Both the position numbers and the translations under genes were made by a program. This document shows, piece by piece, positions 26,610-37,711 of a DNA stretch of 64,000 nt (the first letter of the stretch is position 1; every line of letters starts with the position of its first letter). Source of the stretch: a bacterium (GTDB lineage Bacteria > Patescibacteriota > Minisyncoccia > Phycocordibacterales > Phycocordibacteraceae); contig JAHFML010000003.1 in NCBI GenBank assembly GCA_023269085.1, positions 52,863-116,862 on the forward strand, written 5' to 3'. The notes below the pieces were generated by a model. It was not told where the DNA came from. It was given only the letters and a program-made list of their open reading frames with translations, and did not search any database.

Positions 26610-27155
26610 ATGGACGAGTCCATGCAATTTGATGTGCTGAAGGGTACGGCAATGTTACCTGCCTGCAAACTCAAATCGGGTGTTCTGCGACGTCTCGTTG
26701 AGGAGATGTTTTACGAAAGTCACGGGAGCGCGCAGACATTTGCGTCCATATTTCAGGGCCATATGTTTCTGCAAAGCATATCAAATGGAATGGTTAACTG
26801 GACACGATGTCCCGGACTAGGGATGCAGACACGCGCTTATATGGTCGGGTCTGCGCGAAGTGACGAGGAAACGCAGAATCTGTGCGTAGCGTGGGTAGCG
26901 GGGTCGCGTGAGGAAATCGTATGGGTTATCGTCAAGACCTCACGCGCCGCCGGGCCGAGAGCGGAGGTGTCGCCAATCAGCGATACCGAAGTTGATGTGT
27001 TTTTGCAAGAGCGATTGGCGAACGCGAATTGGCATTTAAACGCCATCGTTCAGCATCTGAACACGCAACTCTGCATGCTTGAAGAGAGGCGTAGGAATCT
27101 GACCTCTGCTCACTATCTACTTGCGGGCGCGTTGAGGCGGATTGATTGGCCATAA
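26610..27155 (+). CDS. Hypothetical protein (181 aa)
   Basis: SD AAGGAGA 5 nt upstream; terminator downstream; bracketed by IR-element copies 1 and 2. Confidence 0.55.
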   Translation: MDESMQFDVLKGTAMLPACKLKSGVLRRLVEEMFYESHGSAQTFASIFQGHMFLQSISNGMVNWTRCPGLGMQTRAYMVGSARSDEETQNLCVAWVAGSREEIVWVIVKTSRAAGPRAEVSPISDTEVDVFLQERLANANWHLNAIVQHLNTQLCMLEERRRNLTSAHYLLAGALRRIDWP

Positions 27156-27175
27156 TCAGACCGCCGCGAAAAAAT

Positions 27176-27216
27176 CGCGGGCACGCCAGAGGCGTGCCCG
27201 CGGTTTCTCTTTTTTA
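27176..27216 (+). terminator. Rho-independent terminator
   Basis: cgcgggcacgcc agag gcgtgcccgcg + tttctctttttt. Confidence 0.7.
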
Positions 27217-27228
27217 CTTCTATCCTCG

Positions 27229-27253
27229 TGGGTGGACACTAGGTGTCCACCCA
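27229..27253 (+). repeat. 25-bp inverted-repeat element copy 2
   Basis: tgggtggacactaggtgtccaccca. Confidence 0.95.
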
Positions 27254-27255
27254 TT

Positions 27256-29184
27256 TTACATACCGATGAGGACAGGGATGACCATCGGCGCTTTGTTGGT
27301 GCGCGCGAAGAGGAATCCGGCGACGACGTCGGTGAGATTATTCTTCACGTAGTCGAGATCGATCGGGTTCATCCCGTTCGTCGAATCTTCGATCGTCTTC
27401 TTGATCAAGATGCGCGCTTCGTTCAAGAGCGACTGGCTCTCGCGCAGGTAGATGAAGCCGCGGCTGATGATGTCGGGGCTCTTGCGAAGCTTGCCGGTCT
27501 TCAGGTTGACGCTCGCGATGATGACGAACATGCCGTCCTTGGCGAGCGACTGGCGGTCGCGGATAACGACCTCCTGCAAATCGCCGATAGTGAAGCCGTC
27601 GACGACGAGCGGTGCTGAGGGGACCTTCTCTTTGTGCACGACCATTTCCTTGCCGTCGATGATGTCGATGACGATGCCGTTGTCGGGGATGATGACGTTC
27701 TCCCTCGGGAAGCCGGCTTGCTCGACCGCGCGCGCGTGGCAGGTGGTCATCGAGCGGTAGCCGTAGCTCGGCATGAAGAACTTCGGATGCACCTTCTGAT
27801 TGATCCACACGAGCTCGCCTGAGTTGCCGTGGCCGGTCGAGTGCACATCCGAAGAGCGGTAGTGGATGATGGTCACGTTGTTGCGATACAAATTGTCCTT
27901 CAATTTTTGCACCGAGATCTCGTTGCCCGGGATGACGGAGGAGGAGAGGACGACGGTATCGCGATCGTTGAACTGGATGTACTTGTGCTGCTTGGTCGCG
28001 ATGCGCATGAGGGCCGCGAACTCTTCGCCCTGCGCGCCGGTCGCAAGCACGATGATCTTATTCGGCGGGTAGTCCTGCATGTCCTGCGCCTGGATCAGCG
28101 TATCTTTGTTGACGGTGAGGAGGCCGGCGCGCTCGGCGATCTCGATATTGGTCTTGATCGAGCGGCCTTCGGTGACGACCTTCTTGCCGTACTTCTCAGC
28201 GAACTGGATGATGTTGATCATGCGCTCGAACTGCGATGCGAAGGTGCCGATGATAAGGCGGCTCTGCACCGTCTTGACGATCTCCTCGAGGGTGAGGAGG
28301 ACGCGCGCCTCGGGGATAGAGAAGCCGTCGCGCTCGGCGTTGGTCGAGTCGGCGATGAAGAAGAGGTTATCGTCTTTGCCGATGTCGCCCCAGGTCTTCT
28401 GTTCGATCTCGGTCGGGACGCCGTCGACATGGTCGAGCTTCAAGTCGCCGGTGATGACCACGTTGCCGTAGGGCGTGCTCATCGAGACACCCATCGAGTC
28501 GGGAATAGAGTGCGTGACGGGGAAGAACTTCACTTTGGTCTTCCCGAGCGTTACCTCAGAGCCGACTTCGATTTCGTTGATGACCGGCGCGGGAACGTCT
28601 GGATACTCCTCTTGGCGGCGCTGGATCATGATGCTGGTCGCGCGACGCGTGTAGAGGGGCGGATTGCCGAAGCGGGGGAGGAGGAAGGGGATGCCGCCGA
28701 TATGGTCGAGGTGGCCGTGGGTGATGATGACCGCGCGGATACGATCCATGTTCTTCTCGAGGAACTTCGTGTTCGGGAGCGTGTAGTCGACGCCGGACAT
28801 GTTCTCTTCGTCTTTGAAGTGGAAGCCCGCGTCCATCACGATAATGTCGCCGTTCACATCGATAGCGACCATGTTGCGGCCGACCTCTTCGGCGCCGCCC
28901 AAGGGGACGATGCGAACAACGTTCTCGCCCGGCTTCTCGGGATAATAATCGGTCGTGCGCGGGGCGCGCGTGCCGCCGACGCCGGGGCGCCGGAGGATGC
29001 GCTGGATGCGCCGAGTGACGCCGCCCGGGCGGGAACCGCCGCGTGCGGTGCTGTCGCCAGTGCGTCGCGGGCCGCTGCGATGCGGAGGGCGCGTGGGGTG
29101 CTCGTGCGGTGTCGCTTCTGGACGCGGAGTGTGTGTCGGATGTGCTGGTGTCGGCGCGGGGGCCGGAGCAGGTGCTTGGTTCAT
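27256..29184 (-). CDS. rnj: Ribonuclease J
   Basis: MBL HxHxDH (ITHGHLDHIGG), beta-CASP and C-terminal domains; ~95-aa Pro/Arg/Thr-rich low-complexity N-terminal extension. Confidence 0.88.
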   Translation of the reverse strand: MNQAPAPAPAPTPAHPTHTPRPEATPHEHPTRPPHRSGPRRTGDSTARGGSRPGGVTRRIQRILRRPGVGGTRAPRTTDYYPEKPGENVVRIVPLGGAEEVGRNMVAIDVNGDIIVMDAGFHFKDEENMSGVDYTLPNTKFLEKNMDRIRAVIITHGHLDHIGGIPFLLPRFGNPPLYTRRATSIMIQRRQEEYPDVPAPVINEIEVGSEVTLGKTKVKFFPVTHSIPDSMGVSMSTPYGNVVITGDLKLDHVDGVPTEIEQKTWGDIGKDDNLFFIADSTNAERDGFSIPEARVLLTLEEIVKTVQSRLIIGTFASQFERMINIIQFAEKYGKKVVTEGRSIKTNIEIAERAGLLTVNKDTLIQAQDMQDYPPNKIIVLATGAQGEEFAALMRIATKQHKYIQFNDRDTVVLSSSVIPGNEISVQKLKDNLYRNNVTIIHYRSSDVHSTGHGNSGELVWINQKVHPKFFMPSYGYRSMTTCHARAVEQAGFPRENVIIPDNGIVIDIIDGKEMVVHKEKVPSAPLVVDGFTIGDLQEVVIRDRQSLAKDGMFVIIASVNLKTGKLRKSPDIISRGFIYLRESQSLLNEARILIKKTIEDSTNGMNPIDLDYVKNNLTDVVAGFLFARTNKAPMVIPVLIGM

Positions 29185-29255
29185 ACTGGTTGAGTGGTTA
29201 TTCGGGCTTGTAAAATAATTAATGAGACCCGTACGAAAATGATAAGAAACTTTTT

Positions 29256-30992
29256 CTAGCGAGCGAAGAACGGCCAGACCGCGTCGGTCGCGCGATACCA
29301 CGAGGCGATCGTCGCGAAGCGATCAGAGGGAGTGATGATCTGAGGGAGCACGACGCCGGAGAGATCAGAGGGAATCGCGTAGATGAAGTCAGGCGAGTAG
29401 ATGAAGGCGGCAGGATAGTCGGCCGAAACTAGGTCTTCTATCTTCTGCAGAGCTTTGACGCGCGTCTCGGTATCTGTGGTCGTGCGTGCGTTCTCGAGTA
29501 GTGTGTCGACGGACTTATTCGCATAGAGGGCGATGTTCAGCCCGGGGTCGTTACGCTCTTGAGAATCCCAGAAGGCGTAGAGGTCTTGATCGCGGCCGAT
29601 GACCTCTCCATAGAGAAGAGCATCATACTTACGCGGGCGGATGACGTTCTGTGACAGGTCGCCCGGCTCATAGAGCTCGATAGCGACGCCCACGCCGAGT
29701 TTCTCCCACCCCGCCTTTACCGCACCCGCGACATTCTTGAGTTCAGGAACATTACTTGTGCGGATGGTGATGGTGGGAATCGTGAGCTTTGCTTTCGTTC
29801 CGCCTTGGGCGAATTGCCAGACACGCGACGAGCCGTCGTATGTCCAGCCACTCATGGTCAATACCTGGGCCGCGTTCGTAATCGGGTCGCTCGTCGTTGG
29901 GATGGTCGTTTGAGTTACATTCCCGCCAGGGGGAACGGGCCCTAGTATCGGTGTCGCGTAGCCGCCCAGAACCGAGGTGATAATAGCTTTACGGTCGATG
30001 GCCAACGAAAGCGCCTTGCGTACTTCAGTCCGCGCATAAATCTTTTGCTGATCGGGATTCCAGAACACGCCGAAGACGCGCGCATACGGTGCGGTTACGA
30101 CATGCGTCGAAGGAATGCCATATGCGCTCTCTATTGAACCGTTCTTGAGCGCATTCGCCTTATCATCACTGTTCGTGTAGAAGGTGAAGGTAATCTCGTC
30201 GAGATATGGCCGACCAAGTACATATTTCTGATTCGCGCCGAGCGATACGCTCTTGATAAGACCGGACGCATCGCGCGAGATGCTCACAATCTTGAACGGT
30301 CCGTTCCCGACAGGATTCGTCTCGAGGGTAGAGAAGGGGAACTCTGTGGTACCGATGCTCTGCCAGAGGTGCGCCGGCAGGATGCCAAGCGTTGTGAGAC
30401 CGATGAATGGCGAATAAGGCTTCGTGAGCGTGAAGCGCACCGTCCCCTTATCGACGGCGACGACTGACACGCCTGACCAGTTCGCGTACTCCGGGCTCTT
30501 GAGCGCGGGGTCCTGCGCTTTCTTCACAGTGAAGACGACATCATCTGCTGTTATTGGCGTCCCATCGGTAAAGAGGGCGTTAGGACGCAGGGTGAAGGTG
30601 TAGATTTTACCGTCGTCGCTCACCGTGTAGTCGCTCGCGAGCACCGGCACGAGATTGCCCTTGCCGCCGATGCCCATGAGTCCTGCGTAGGTTAGGCTTG
30701 ACAGATCACGATCGGCGTCGCTGATAGCGAGAAGCGGATTTATGAATTGTGGAGAACCTATTTCTCCTTCAGAGAGCGTGCCGCCATAAGTCGGTACTTG
30801 CACCAAGAGCGCCTGCTCGAGAGCCATGAAGCTCGCAATCGACGAAATGACAACGCCGAGAGCGAGTATTGAGAAAATAGCGCGGTCGCCGCGCGAGAGC
30901 GCGACGACATACTCGCTCGCATGTTCGAACATCGCGGCGCGCCGAATGCGTTTCATTTCTGCTCGCCAATCCGGGCGGCTGTCATCCGTCAT
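29256..30992 (-). CDS. ABC transporter substrate-binding protein, family 5 (peptide/nickel type)
   Basis: SBP_bac_5-like length and motifs; N-terminal TM anchor. Confidence 0.75.
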   Translation of the reverse strand: MTDDSRPDWRAEMKRIRRAAMFEHASEYVVALSRGDRAIFSILALGVVISSIASFMALEQALLVQVPTYGGTLSEGEIGSPQFINPLLAISDADRDLSSLTYAGLMGIGGKGNLVPVLASDYTVSDDGKIYTFTLRPNALFTDGTPITADDVVFTVKKAQDPALKSPEYANWSGVSVVAVDKGTVRFTLTKPYSPFIGLTTLGILPAHLWQSIGTTEFPFSTLETNPVGNGPFKIVSISRDASGLIKSVSLGANQKYVLGRPYLDEITFTFYTNSDDKANALKNGSIESAYGIPSTHVVTAPYARVFGVFWNPDQQKIYARTEVRKALSLAIDRKAIITSVLGGYATPILGPVPPGGNVTQTTIPTTSDPITNAAQVLTMSGWTYDGSSRVWQFAQGGTKAKLTIPTITIRTSNVPELKNVAGAVKAGWEKLGVGVAIELYEPGDLSQNVIRPRKYDALLYGEVIGRDQDLYAFWDSQERNDPGLNIALYANKSVDTLLENARTTTDTETRVKALQKIEDLVSADYPAAFIYSPDFIYAIPSDLSGVVLPQIITPSDRFATIASWYRATDAVWPFFAR

Positions 30993-31228
30993 GCTCCTGA
31001 CAGAAGGAAGCTCGCTATCGCCGCAAGTACGAGCAAAATCGCGATAAGTACGGTCGCGTTGAATAGGAATTTCTCCGCGCCTCTGCGCTTGTAGAAAGTT
31101 GACGCGAAATTATCACCGCCGAAGGCTCCGCCGAGGGTCGCGCCGCGCTGTTGGAGCACGATGCCGACGATAAGGAGCAGGGCGAGGGTGATCTCTGCGT
31201 ACGGTAGTGCCGATACGAGTGCTTCCAT
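30989..31228 (-). CDS. secG: Preprotein translocase SecG
   Basis: Two TM helices with Gly-rich loop (LLIVGIVLQQRGATLGGAFGG). Confidence 0.7.
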   Translation of the reverse strand: MEALVSALPYAEITLALLLIVGIVLQQRGATLGGAFGGDNFASTFYKRRGAEKFLFNATVLIAILLVLAAIASFLLSGA

Positions 31229-31279
31229 CTGTGCTCTCAAGATACCATGCCGCCCGCGCGTCGTGCAAGTCGATGAAAA

Positions 31280-31304
31280 CGGGTGGACACTAGGTGTCCA
31301 CCCG
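31280..31304 (+). repeat. 25-bp inverted-repeat element copy 3
   Basis: cgggtggacactaggtgtccacccg. Confidence 0.95.
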
Positions 31305-31336
31305 TCTGTCGCCTACCGGCATCGCATATTATTCAA

Positions 31337-31384
31337 TCAAAGCTCGTCCGGGCGGATGCCTGCGTACTTCAAGATCTCGTGCAA
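31337..31384 (-). pseudogene. hicA: hicA C-terminal remnant fused out of frame to the hicB 3' end
   Basis: +1 frame encodes ...QDTLHEILKYAGIRPDEL, matching the HicA C-terminus (compare intact HicA 33976..34185 ...LVRIAKHTGLTSEDL); the rest of hicA is absent. Confidence 0.55.
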
Positions 31385-31542
31385 AGTGTCTTGTACCCGC
31401 CGATGGCGTCCTCGGCCATCTGGTGCGCCTGTTCGACGGTCTTGCCGTAAGTAATGCATCCGGGCAGAGAGGGAACAATGACGGTATAGCCGCCCTCCGG
31501 CTCCGGCCGCAGGATTATTTGGTACGACGCCGTCTTTTTCAT
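31369..31542 (-). CDS. hicB: HicB-family antitoxin (orphan)
   Basis: MKKTASYQIILRPEPEGGYTVIVPSLPGCITYGKTVEQAHQMAEDAIGGY. Confidence 0.75.
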   Translation of the reverse strand: MKKTASYQIILRPEPEGGYTVIVPSLPGCITYGKTVEQAHQMAEDAIGGYKTLCTRS

Positions 31543-31650
31543 GGCTGCATTGTACCATATTCGTACAAAAAGTTGCATCACGTCGCACAGGGTCTATACT
31601 TCGAACACCAGTGCTCGGGCGATTATTCATTTATATAGATACAAAAGACT

Positions 31651-31956
31651 ATGACAAAGAAACTGTCACTTATACCGCTTGGCGACAAGATTGTGGTCCT
31701 GCCGTCAGAAAAGGAAGGCGAGAAGAAGCTCGCCTCGGGCATCATCATCCCCGAGACGGTGGACAAGGAGAAGCCGGCGCAGGGCACGGTGGTCGCAACA
31801 GGCCCGGGAAAATATGAAGACGGCACACGCATCCCGATGCAGGTCGCGGTCGGCGACCTCGTCCTCTTCAGCAAGTACGGCTACGACGAAGTGAAGGTCG
31901 ACGGTGAAGACTATTACATCCTTGCGGAGTCGAATGTGCTCGGCATTATTAACTAG
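31651..31956 (+). CDS. groES: Co-chaperonin GroES
   Basis: LSLIPLGDKIVVLPSEKEGEKKLASGIIIPETVDKEKPAQGTVVATGPG. Confidence 0.95.
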   Translation: MTKKLSLIPLGDKIVVLPSEKEGEKKLASGIIIPETVDKEKPAQGTVVATGPGKYEDGTRIPMQVAVGDLVLFSKYGYDEVKVDGEDYYILAESNVLGIIN

Positions 31957-32009
31957 CAATTAGGCGCTGGGCTCTAGGAATGAACATCCAGCTAGAGCCT
32001 AATGCCTAA

Positions 32010-33668
<1,659 letters not shown>

Positions 33669-33700
33669 CAACATTGTGAAAGTCTGACTTTCACAAACAG

Positions 33701-33733
33701 CGCGGCGGGGCAGAGCCCCGCCGCGCTTTTGTG
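33701..33733 (+). terminator. Rho-independent terminator after groEL
   Basis: cgcggcggggc agag ccccgccgcg + cttttgtgg. Confidence 0.7.
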
Positions 33734-33746
33734 GTACAATCGAGTT

Positions 33747-33995
33747 ATGAATAAGTTAGCTAACCAGCCAACAAAGCGCCCTTCTTTTGCCGTCGAGTTC
33801 GACCGCGAGGTGGATGGTCGCTGGATTGCCGAGATAACTCGACTCCCGGGCGCTATGGCCTATGGCGCGACGAGGCGCGAGGCACTTGAGCGCGTCTATG
33901 CGATCGCACTCCGCACGCTCGCCGACAATGTCGAGCAGGGCGCTCTCTTTACGCCGGTCTCGCGCATGTTCGGCTATGGAATGGCGAGCCGTTAA
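33747..33995 (+). CDS. hicB: HicB-family antitoxin
   Basis: FAVEFDREVDGRWIAEITRLPGAMAYGATRREALERVYAIAL. Confidence 0.75.
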   Translation: MNKLANQPTKRPSFAVEFDREVDGRWIAEITRLPGAMAYGATRREALERVYAIALRTLADNVEQGALFTPVSRMFGYGMASR

Positions 33996-34185
33996 GGCTC
34001 CGCGCGTGTTGAAGGCGCTCATTGCGAAGGGTTGGGTTATCAAACGACAGAAAGGTTCGCATCGTATTCTCGCGCGGCATGGCCAACCGAATTTTACTTT
34101 TGCTTTTCATCTACAAGAAGAAATCGGCCCGCACATGCTTGTGCGCATCGCTAAACATACCGGGCTCACATCAGAGGATTTGTAG
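33976..34185 (+). CDS. hicA: HicA-family mRNA interferase toxin
   Basis: MEWRAVKAPRVLKALIAKGWVIKRQKGSHRILARHGQPNFTFAFHLQEE...; overlaps hicB by 20 nt. Confidence 0.8.
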   Translation: MEWRAVKAPRVLKALIAKGWVIKRQKGSHRILARHGQPNFTFAFHLQEEIGPHMLVRIAKHTGLTSEDL

Positions 34186-34331
34186 TCGCAGAGCGTTGCC
34201 ACCGAGATTATCGCCTCGCGTAAATAAATCACCAGCAAAAATACATAGGGTAGTCCTATGTATTGAACACACGCGGCCGCCCATTGGGGCGGCCGCAGGT
34301 TGGATTATAATAGCAAGCGTTACCATGACTG

Positions 34332-35165
34332 ATGAGGTATACTTTTGCTATGAATAATGAGCGGCCTCAAAAATCGCTTTCATCTGAAGAGAATATTGAA
34401 CGAGAACAACCAACTCGAACACCAGAAGTTCACCATGACTGGCCATTGATTACCTATGAGTACTCAAGACTGTATCTCGACCTAGCAGACAAACACCTTG
34501 AGAAAGATGACCCGCTGCGTGCAAGAATTGTTGACTATTTTTCCGAGTCGGAACGACTAGAACATGAGTTGAGAACGCTGTTTGCAGGACTCGATGACGA
34601 CGAGATTCATCAGAGAATGGAAGATGTGGCGAAACAGCTTTTCGATAGAACATTCTTCGTTGAACATTACCAGAAAATCTTTGAGCGTATGGACGCCCAC
34701 AATGGAATAAAGGAACGGACGATCGAGCGTCCAATGGCGACGCAGGAAGAATACGATCTCGGCACCTATAAAGAAGGATTGGAACGGCAAGTAAGAGACG
34801 CTTGTTTCCTTTTGAGCAAAAAGGGTTACAAGACGTTCGAATCAGGCTTTCGCGAGAAGGAGGACGATCGAGATCAGTATCTCGGTGTGAGTAACAAGAC
34901 AGTTGAAATACCCGATGAGGTTATCGCGCGTCTCAAAGAAAAACAATTCGAGGTGTCGATTATTCGCCAAAATGACAGGACTATCATAAATATTCATCCT
35001 GAAAAGACAGACGCGGTTACTCTGGAGGAATGGGAGGAGATCTGGAATGAATTGGCACGAGGTATGCCTGCGGCGAAATCAGAAGATTTTTCTGGAGTCA
35101 AAATATACGAACTCCACCGCACCTTCCGGGAACGACAAGATGTTCTGAGGCGTTTGCATTTCTAA
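34332..35165 (+). CDS. Hypothetical protein (277 aa), low-GC
   Basis: Acidic, Glu/Arg-rich; no recognisable domain; GC clearly below flanking genes. Confidence 0.5.
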   Translation: MRYTFAMNNERPQKSLSSEENIEREQPTRTPEVHHDWPLITYEYSRLYLDLADKHLEKDDPLRARIVDYFSESERLEHELRTLFAGLDDDEIHQRMEDVAKQLFDRTFFVEHYQKIFERMDAHNGIKERTIERPMATQEEYDLGTYKEGLERQVRDACFLLSKKGYKTFESGFREKEDDRDQYLGVSNKTVEIPDEVIARLKEKQFEVSIIRQNDRTIINIHPEKTDAVTLEEWEEIWNELARGMPAAKSEDFSGVKIYELHRTFRERQDVLRRLHF

Positions 35166-35326
35166 CAGCGTTCTCGTATAGTGTCTCTAACGCATCTTGG
35201 CGTCGCTCTTTGGCTTGTCTGCTTTGTGAGTTGGCGGGCCGCGGAGCTTTTTTCCGACTCGCTTGTCTGCCGACAGGCAGGCGTCGGAATGATTCGTGAT
35301 TTACTAAAACATTACCGATAATCATT

Positions 35327-36532
35327 ATGGCAACAGCAGAATTCAATCGTGCGAAGCCGCACATGAACGTGGGCACCATCGGCCACGTTGACCACGGCAA
35401 GACGACCCTCACCGCCGGCATTCTCAATATCCTCTCGAAGCTTACGGCCGAGGGCTATGCCGCTCGCGTCGAAGGCGTCGACAACATCGACAGCGCACCA
35501 GAGGAGAAGGCGCGCGGTATCACTATCGCGCTCCACCACTCTGAGTATGAGTCGCCGAACCGCCACTACGCGCACATCGATGCGCCGGGCCACGCCGACT
35601 ATATCAAGAACATGATCACCGGCGCCGCCCAGATGGACGGAGCGGTTCTCGTGGTCGCCGCGACCGACGGCGTGATGCCGCAGACGCGCGAGCACATCCT
35701 CCTCGCAAAGCAGGTGGGCCTCAAGAAGCTTATCGTCTTCCTCAACAAGGTGGACATGGTGGACGAGCCGGACCTCATCGACCTCGTCGAAGAAGAGATC
35801 CGCGAGCTCCTCACCAAGCAGGGCTACGACGGCGCGAATACGCCGATTATCCGTGGCTCGGGGCTCAAGGCGCTCGAGGCAACTGACGTGAGCGACGAAT
35901 GGGCGCAGAAGGTGAAGACTCTCGTCGACACGATGGACACTTACTTCGATCTCCCTGAGCGCGAAGTCAACAAGCCGTTCCTCATGCCGATCGAGGACAT
36001 CTTCTCGATCGAAGGTCGCGGCACCGTCGTCACGGGTCGCATCGAGCGCGGTATGGTCAAGGTCGGCGAAGAAGTCGAGATCATCGGCATCAAGCCGACG
36101 ATGAAGTCGACCGTCACCGGTATCGAAATGTTCAACAAACAGCTCTCGGAGGGTCAGGCAGGCGACAACGCCGGCATCCTCCTCCGCGGCACCAAGAAGG
36201 AGGATGTGCATCGCGGCCAGGTCCTCGCGAAGACGGGCTCGGTCACGCCGCACACCGACTTCGAGGCCGAGGTCTATGTCCTTGGCAAGGACGAAGGCGG
36301 TCGTCACACGCCGTTCTTCTCGGGCTACAAGCCGCAGTTCTATATCCGCACCACCGACGTGACGGGCGAAGTCACGCTCCCGGAGGGTAAGGAGATGGTC
36401 ATGCCGGGTGACACCGTCACCTTCAAGGTGAAGCTCACCGCACCGGTCGCGCTCGAAGCGCAGCAGCACTTTGCTATTCGCGAAGGCGGCCGCACCGTCG
36501 GCGCCGGCGTCGTGACTAAGATCACGGCATAA
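35327..36532 (+). CDS. tuf: Elongation factor Tu
   Basis: [22 protein letters not shown] GTPase motifs. Confidence 0.98.
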   Translation: MATAEFNRAKPHMNVGTIGHVDHGKTTLTAGILNILSKLTAEGYAARVEGVDNIDSAPEEKARGITIALHHSEYESPNRHYAHIDAPGHADYIKNMITGAAQMDGAVLVVAATDGVMPQTREHILLAKQVGLKKLIVFLNKVDMVDEPDLIDLVEEEIRELLTKQGYDGANTPIIRGSGLKALEATDVSDEWAQKVKTLVDTMDTYFDLPEREVNKPFLMPIEDIFSIEGRGTVVTGRIERGMVKVGEEVEIIGIKPTMKSTVTGIEMFNKQLSEGQAGDNAGILLRGTKKEDVHRGQVLAKTGSVTPHTDFEAEVYVLGKDEGGRHTPFFSGYKPQFYIRTTDVTGEVTLPEGKEMVMPGDTVTFKVKLTAPVALEAQQHFAIREGGRTVGAGVVTKITA

Positions 36533-36556
36533 GTCATTAGCAGAATCCACACTCAT

Positions 36557-36991
36557 ATGGAACCAACCACGGAAGTAAAACCGAAAGCGACTAAAACTTC
36601 CTCAGGAAGTTCGTCCGACACTTCGCGAAGCGAAGTGTCTAGGAAGCGTGTTTCGAAGAAGGTCGCGGCCGTCGCTCCGGTAGTCGAGCACAAGCTCCGG
36701 ATCCGGGTTCGCGCCTATGAGCACAAGATTCTCGATCTCTCGGTGAAGCAGATCATGGACACAGCGGCGCGTTTCGACGCGGTGATCGTGGGCCCTGTCC
36801 CGCTCCCGACCGAGATCAAGCGTTGGACAGTGAACCGCTCGACCTTCGTCCACAAGGACGCGCGCGAGCAGTTCGAGATGCGCATCCATAAGCGCCTCAT
36901 CGACATCCGGAACCCGTCGCCGAAGGTGATCGAGGCCCTCACGAACCTCAATCTCCCCTCCGGTGTGACGATTGATGTGAAGATGGTGTAG
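36557..36991 (+). CDS. rpsJ: 30S ribosomal protein S10 with ~42-aa Lys/Ser-rich N-terminal extension
   Basis: ...HKLRIRVRAYEHKILDLSVKQIMDTAARFDAVIVGPVPLPTEIKRWTVNRSTFVHKDAREQFEMRIHKRLIDI. Confidence 0.9.
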   Translation: MEPTTEVKPKATKTSSGSSSDTSRSEVSRKRVSKKVAAVAPVVEHKLRIRVRAYEHKILDLSVKQIMDTAARFDAVIVGPVPLPTEIKRWTVNRSTFVHKDAREQFEMRIHKRLIDIRNPSPKVIEALTNLNLPSGVTIDVKMV

Positions 36992-37004
36992 ACGCCAAGA
37001 AAAA

Positions 37005-37045
37005 AGCACGCGGGCGCCCCAGAGGGGCGCCCGCGTGCTTTTTTG
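37005..37045 (+). terminator. Strong rho-independent terminator directly after rpsJ
   Basis: agcacgcgggcgcccc agag gggcgcccgcgtgct + tttttg. Confidence 0.85.
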
Positions 37046-37093
37046 CTCCAACTGTGGTATCAGAAGAGAGGATTCACAACCAAGGAGACAGAG

Positions 37094-37552
37094 ATGTCAC
37101 AGACACCAGAACTTCGTATCATCTATTACGACACAGGCCTCCCGCGGGAGATTTCTAGTGAAATCCGCAGGAAGAATGCGGCAACTTGGGAAGAAACGAC
37201 TCTTCGAGGCGTCTTCCATTCGATTACGGTGAAGGGTGCCGTCGTTTCGGCAAAAATCGTCTTTCGCTGTTTTGTCGAGACCAAAAGCGCGACGACAAGG
37301 AAGCCGTCCGGTTTTTTCGCAAGATTCATGAAGCGAGAAAGTGATTCTGCCACAGAAGTCATCGAGGTGGTCGATCGGTGGAGTTGTGTCGGCGAAGATC
37401 TAGTGGGCATCGATTTCTGCGGTGAGTACAAACGTTTTTTGCTCGATACCATGAAGCGGAAAGGTATTGCGGTATTGGATACGACAATCAGTACCGTCTT
37501 CGACCCCATCCACGCACGGCTCTTCTATGAGTTGCGGAAGAAAAAGAAGTAA
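37094..37552 (+). CDS. Hypothetical protein (152 aa) inserted between rpsJ and rplC
   Basis: SD AAGGAGA 5 nt upstream of ATG; own terminators on both sides; lower GC; no recognisable domain. Confidence 0.55.
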   Translation: MSQTPELRIIYYDTGLPREISSEIRRKNAATWEETTLRGVFHSITVKGAVVSAKIVFRCFVETKSATTRKPSGFFARFMKRESDSATEVIEVVDRWSCVGEDLVGIDFCGEYKRFLLDTMKRKGIAVLDTTISTVFDPIHARLFYELRKKKK

Positions 37553-37560
37553 CCCCTCTC

Positions 37561-37582
37561 ACGGCCCGCTCGCGCGGGCCGT
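37561..37582 (+). terminator. Terminator-like hairpin after the inserted gene
   Basis: ggcccgctcgcgcgggcc followed by gttgttct. Confidence 0.45.
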
Positions 37583-37597
37583 TGTTCTGCCCGGGAT

Positions 37598-37626
37598 TTG
37601 CAAATTTTGCCTACCTCGTGTAGAGT
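37598..37626 (+). promoter_or_regulatory. Candidate sigma-70-type promoter for rplC-rplD-rplW-rplB
   Basis: TTGCAA -17 nt- TAGAGT. Confidence 0.35.
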
Positions 37627-37665
37627 GCTTGAAACGCTACGTACCTCGCCTTGAGGGACCTCCAG

Positions 37666-37700
37666 CAAATCGCGCCACGCGATTGCTGTGGCGCGATTTG
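37666..37700 (+). promoter_or_regulatory. 13-bp-stem leader hairpin immediately upstream of rplC (possible autoregulatory/attenuator element)
   Basis: caaatcgcgccac gcgattgct gtggcgcgatttg. Confidence 0.45.
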
Positions 37701-37711
37701 CTTTGACCCAC

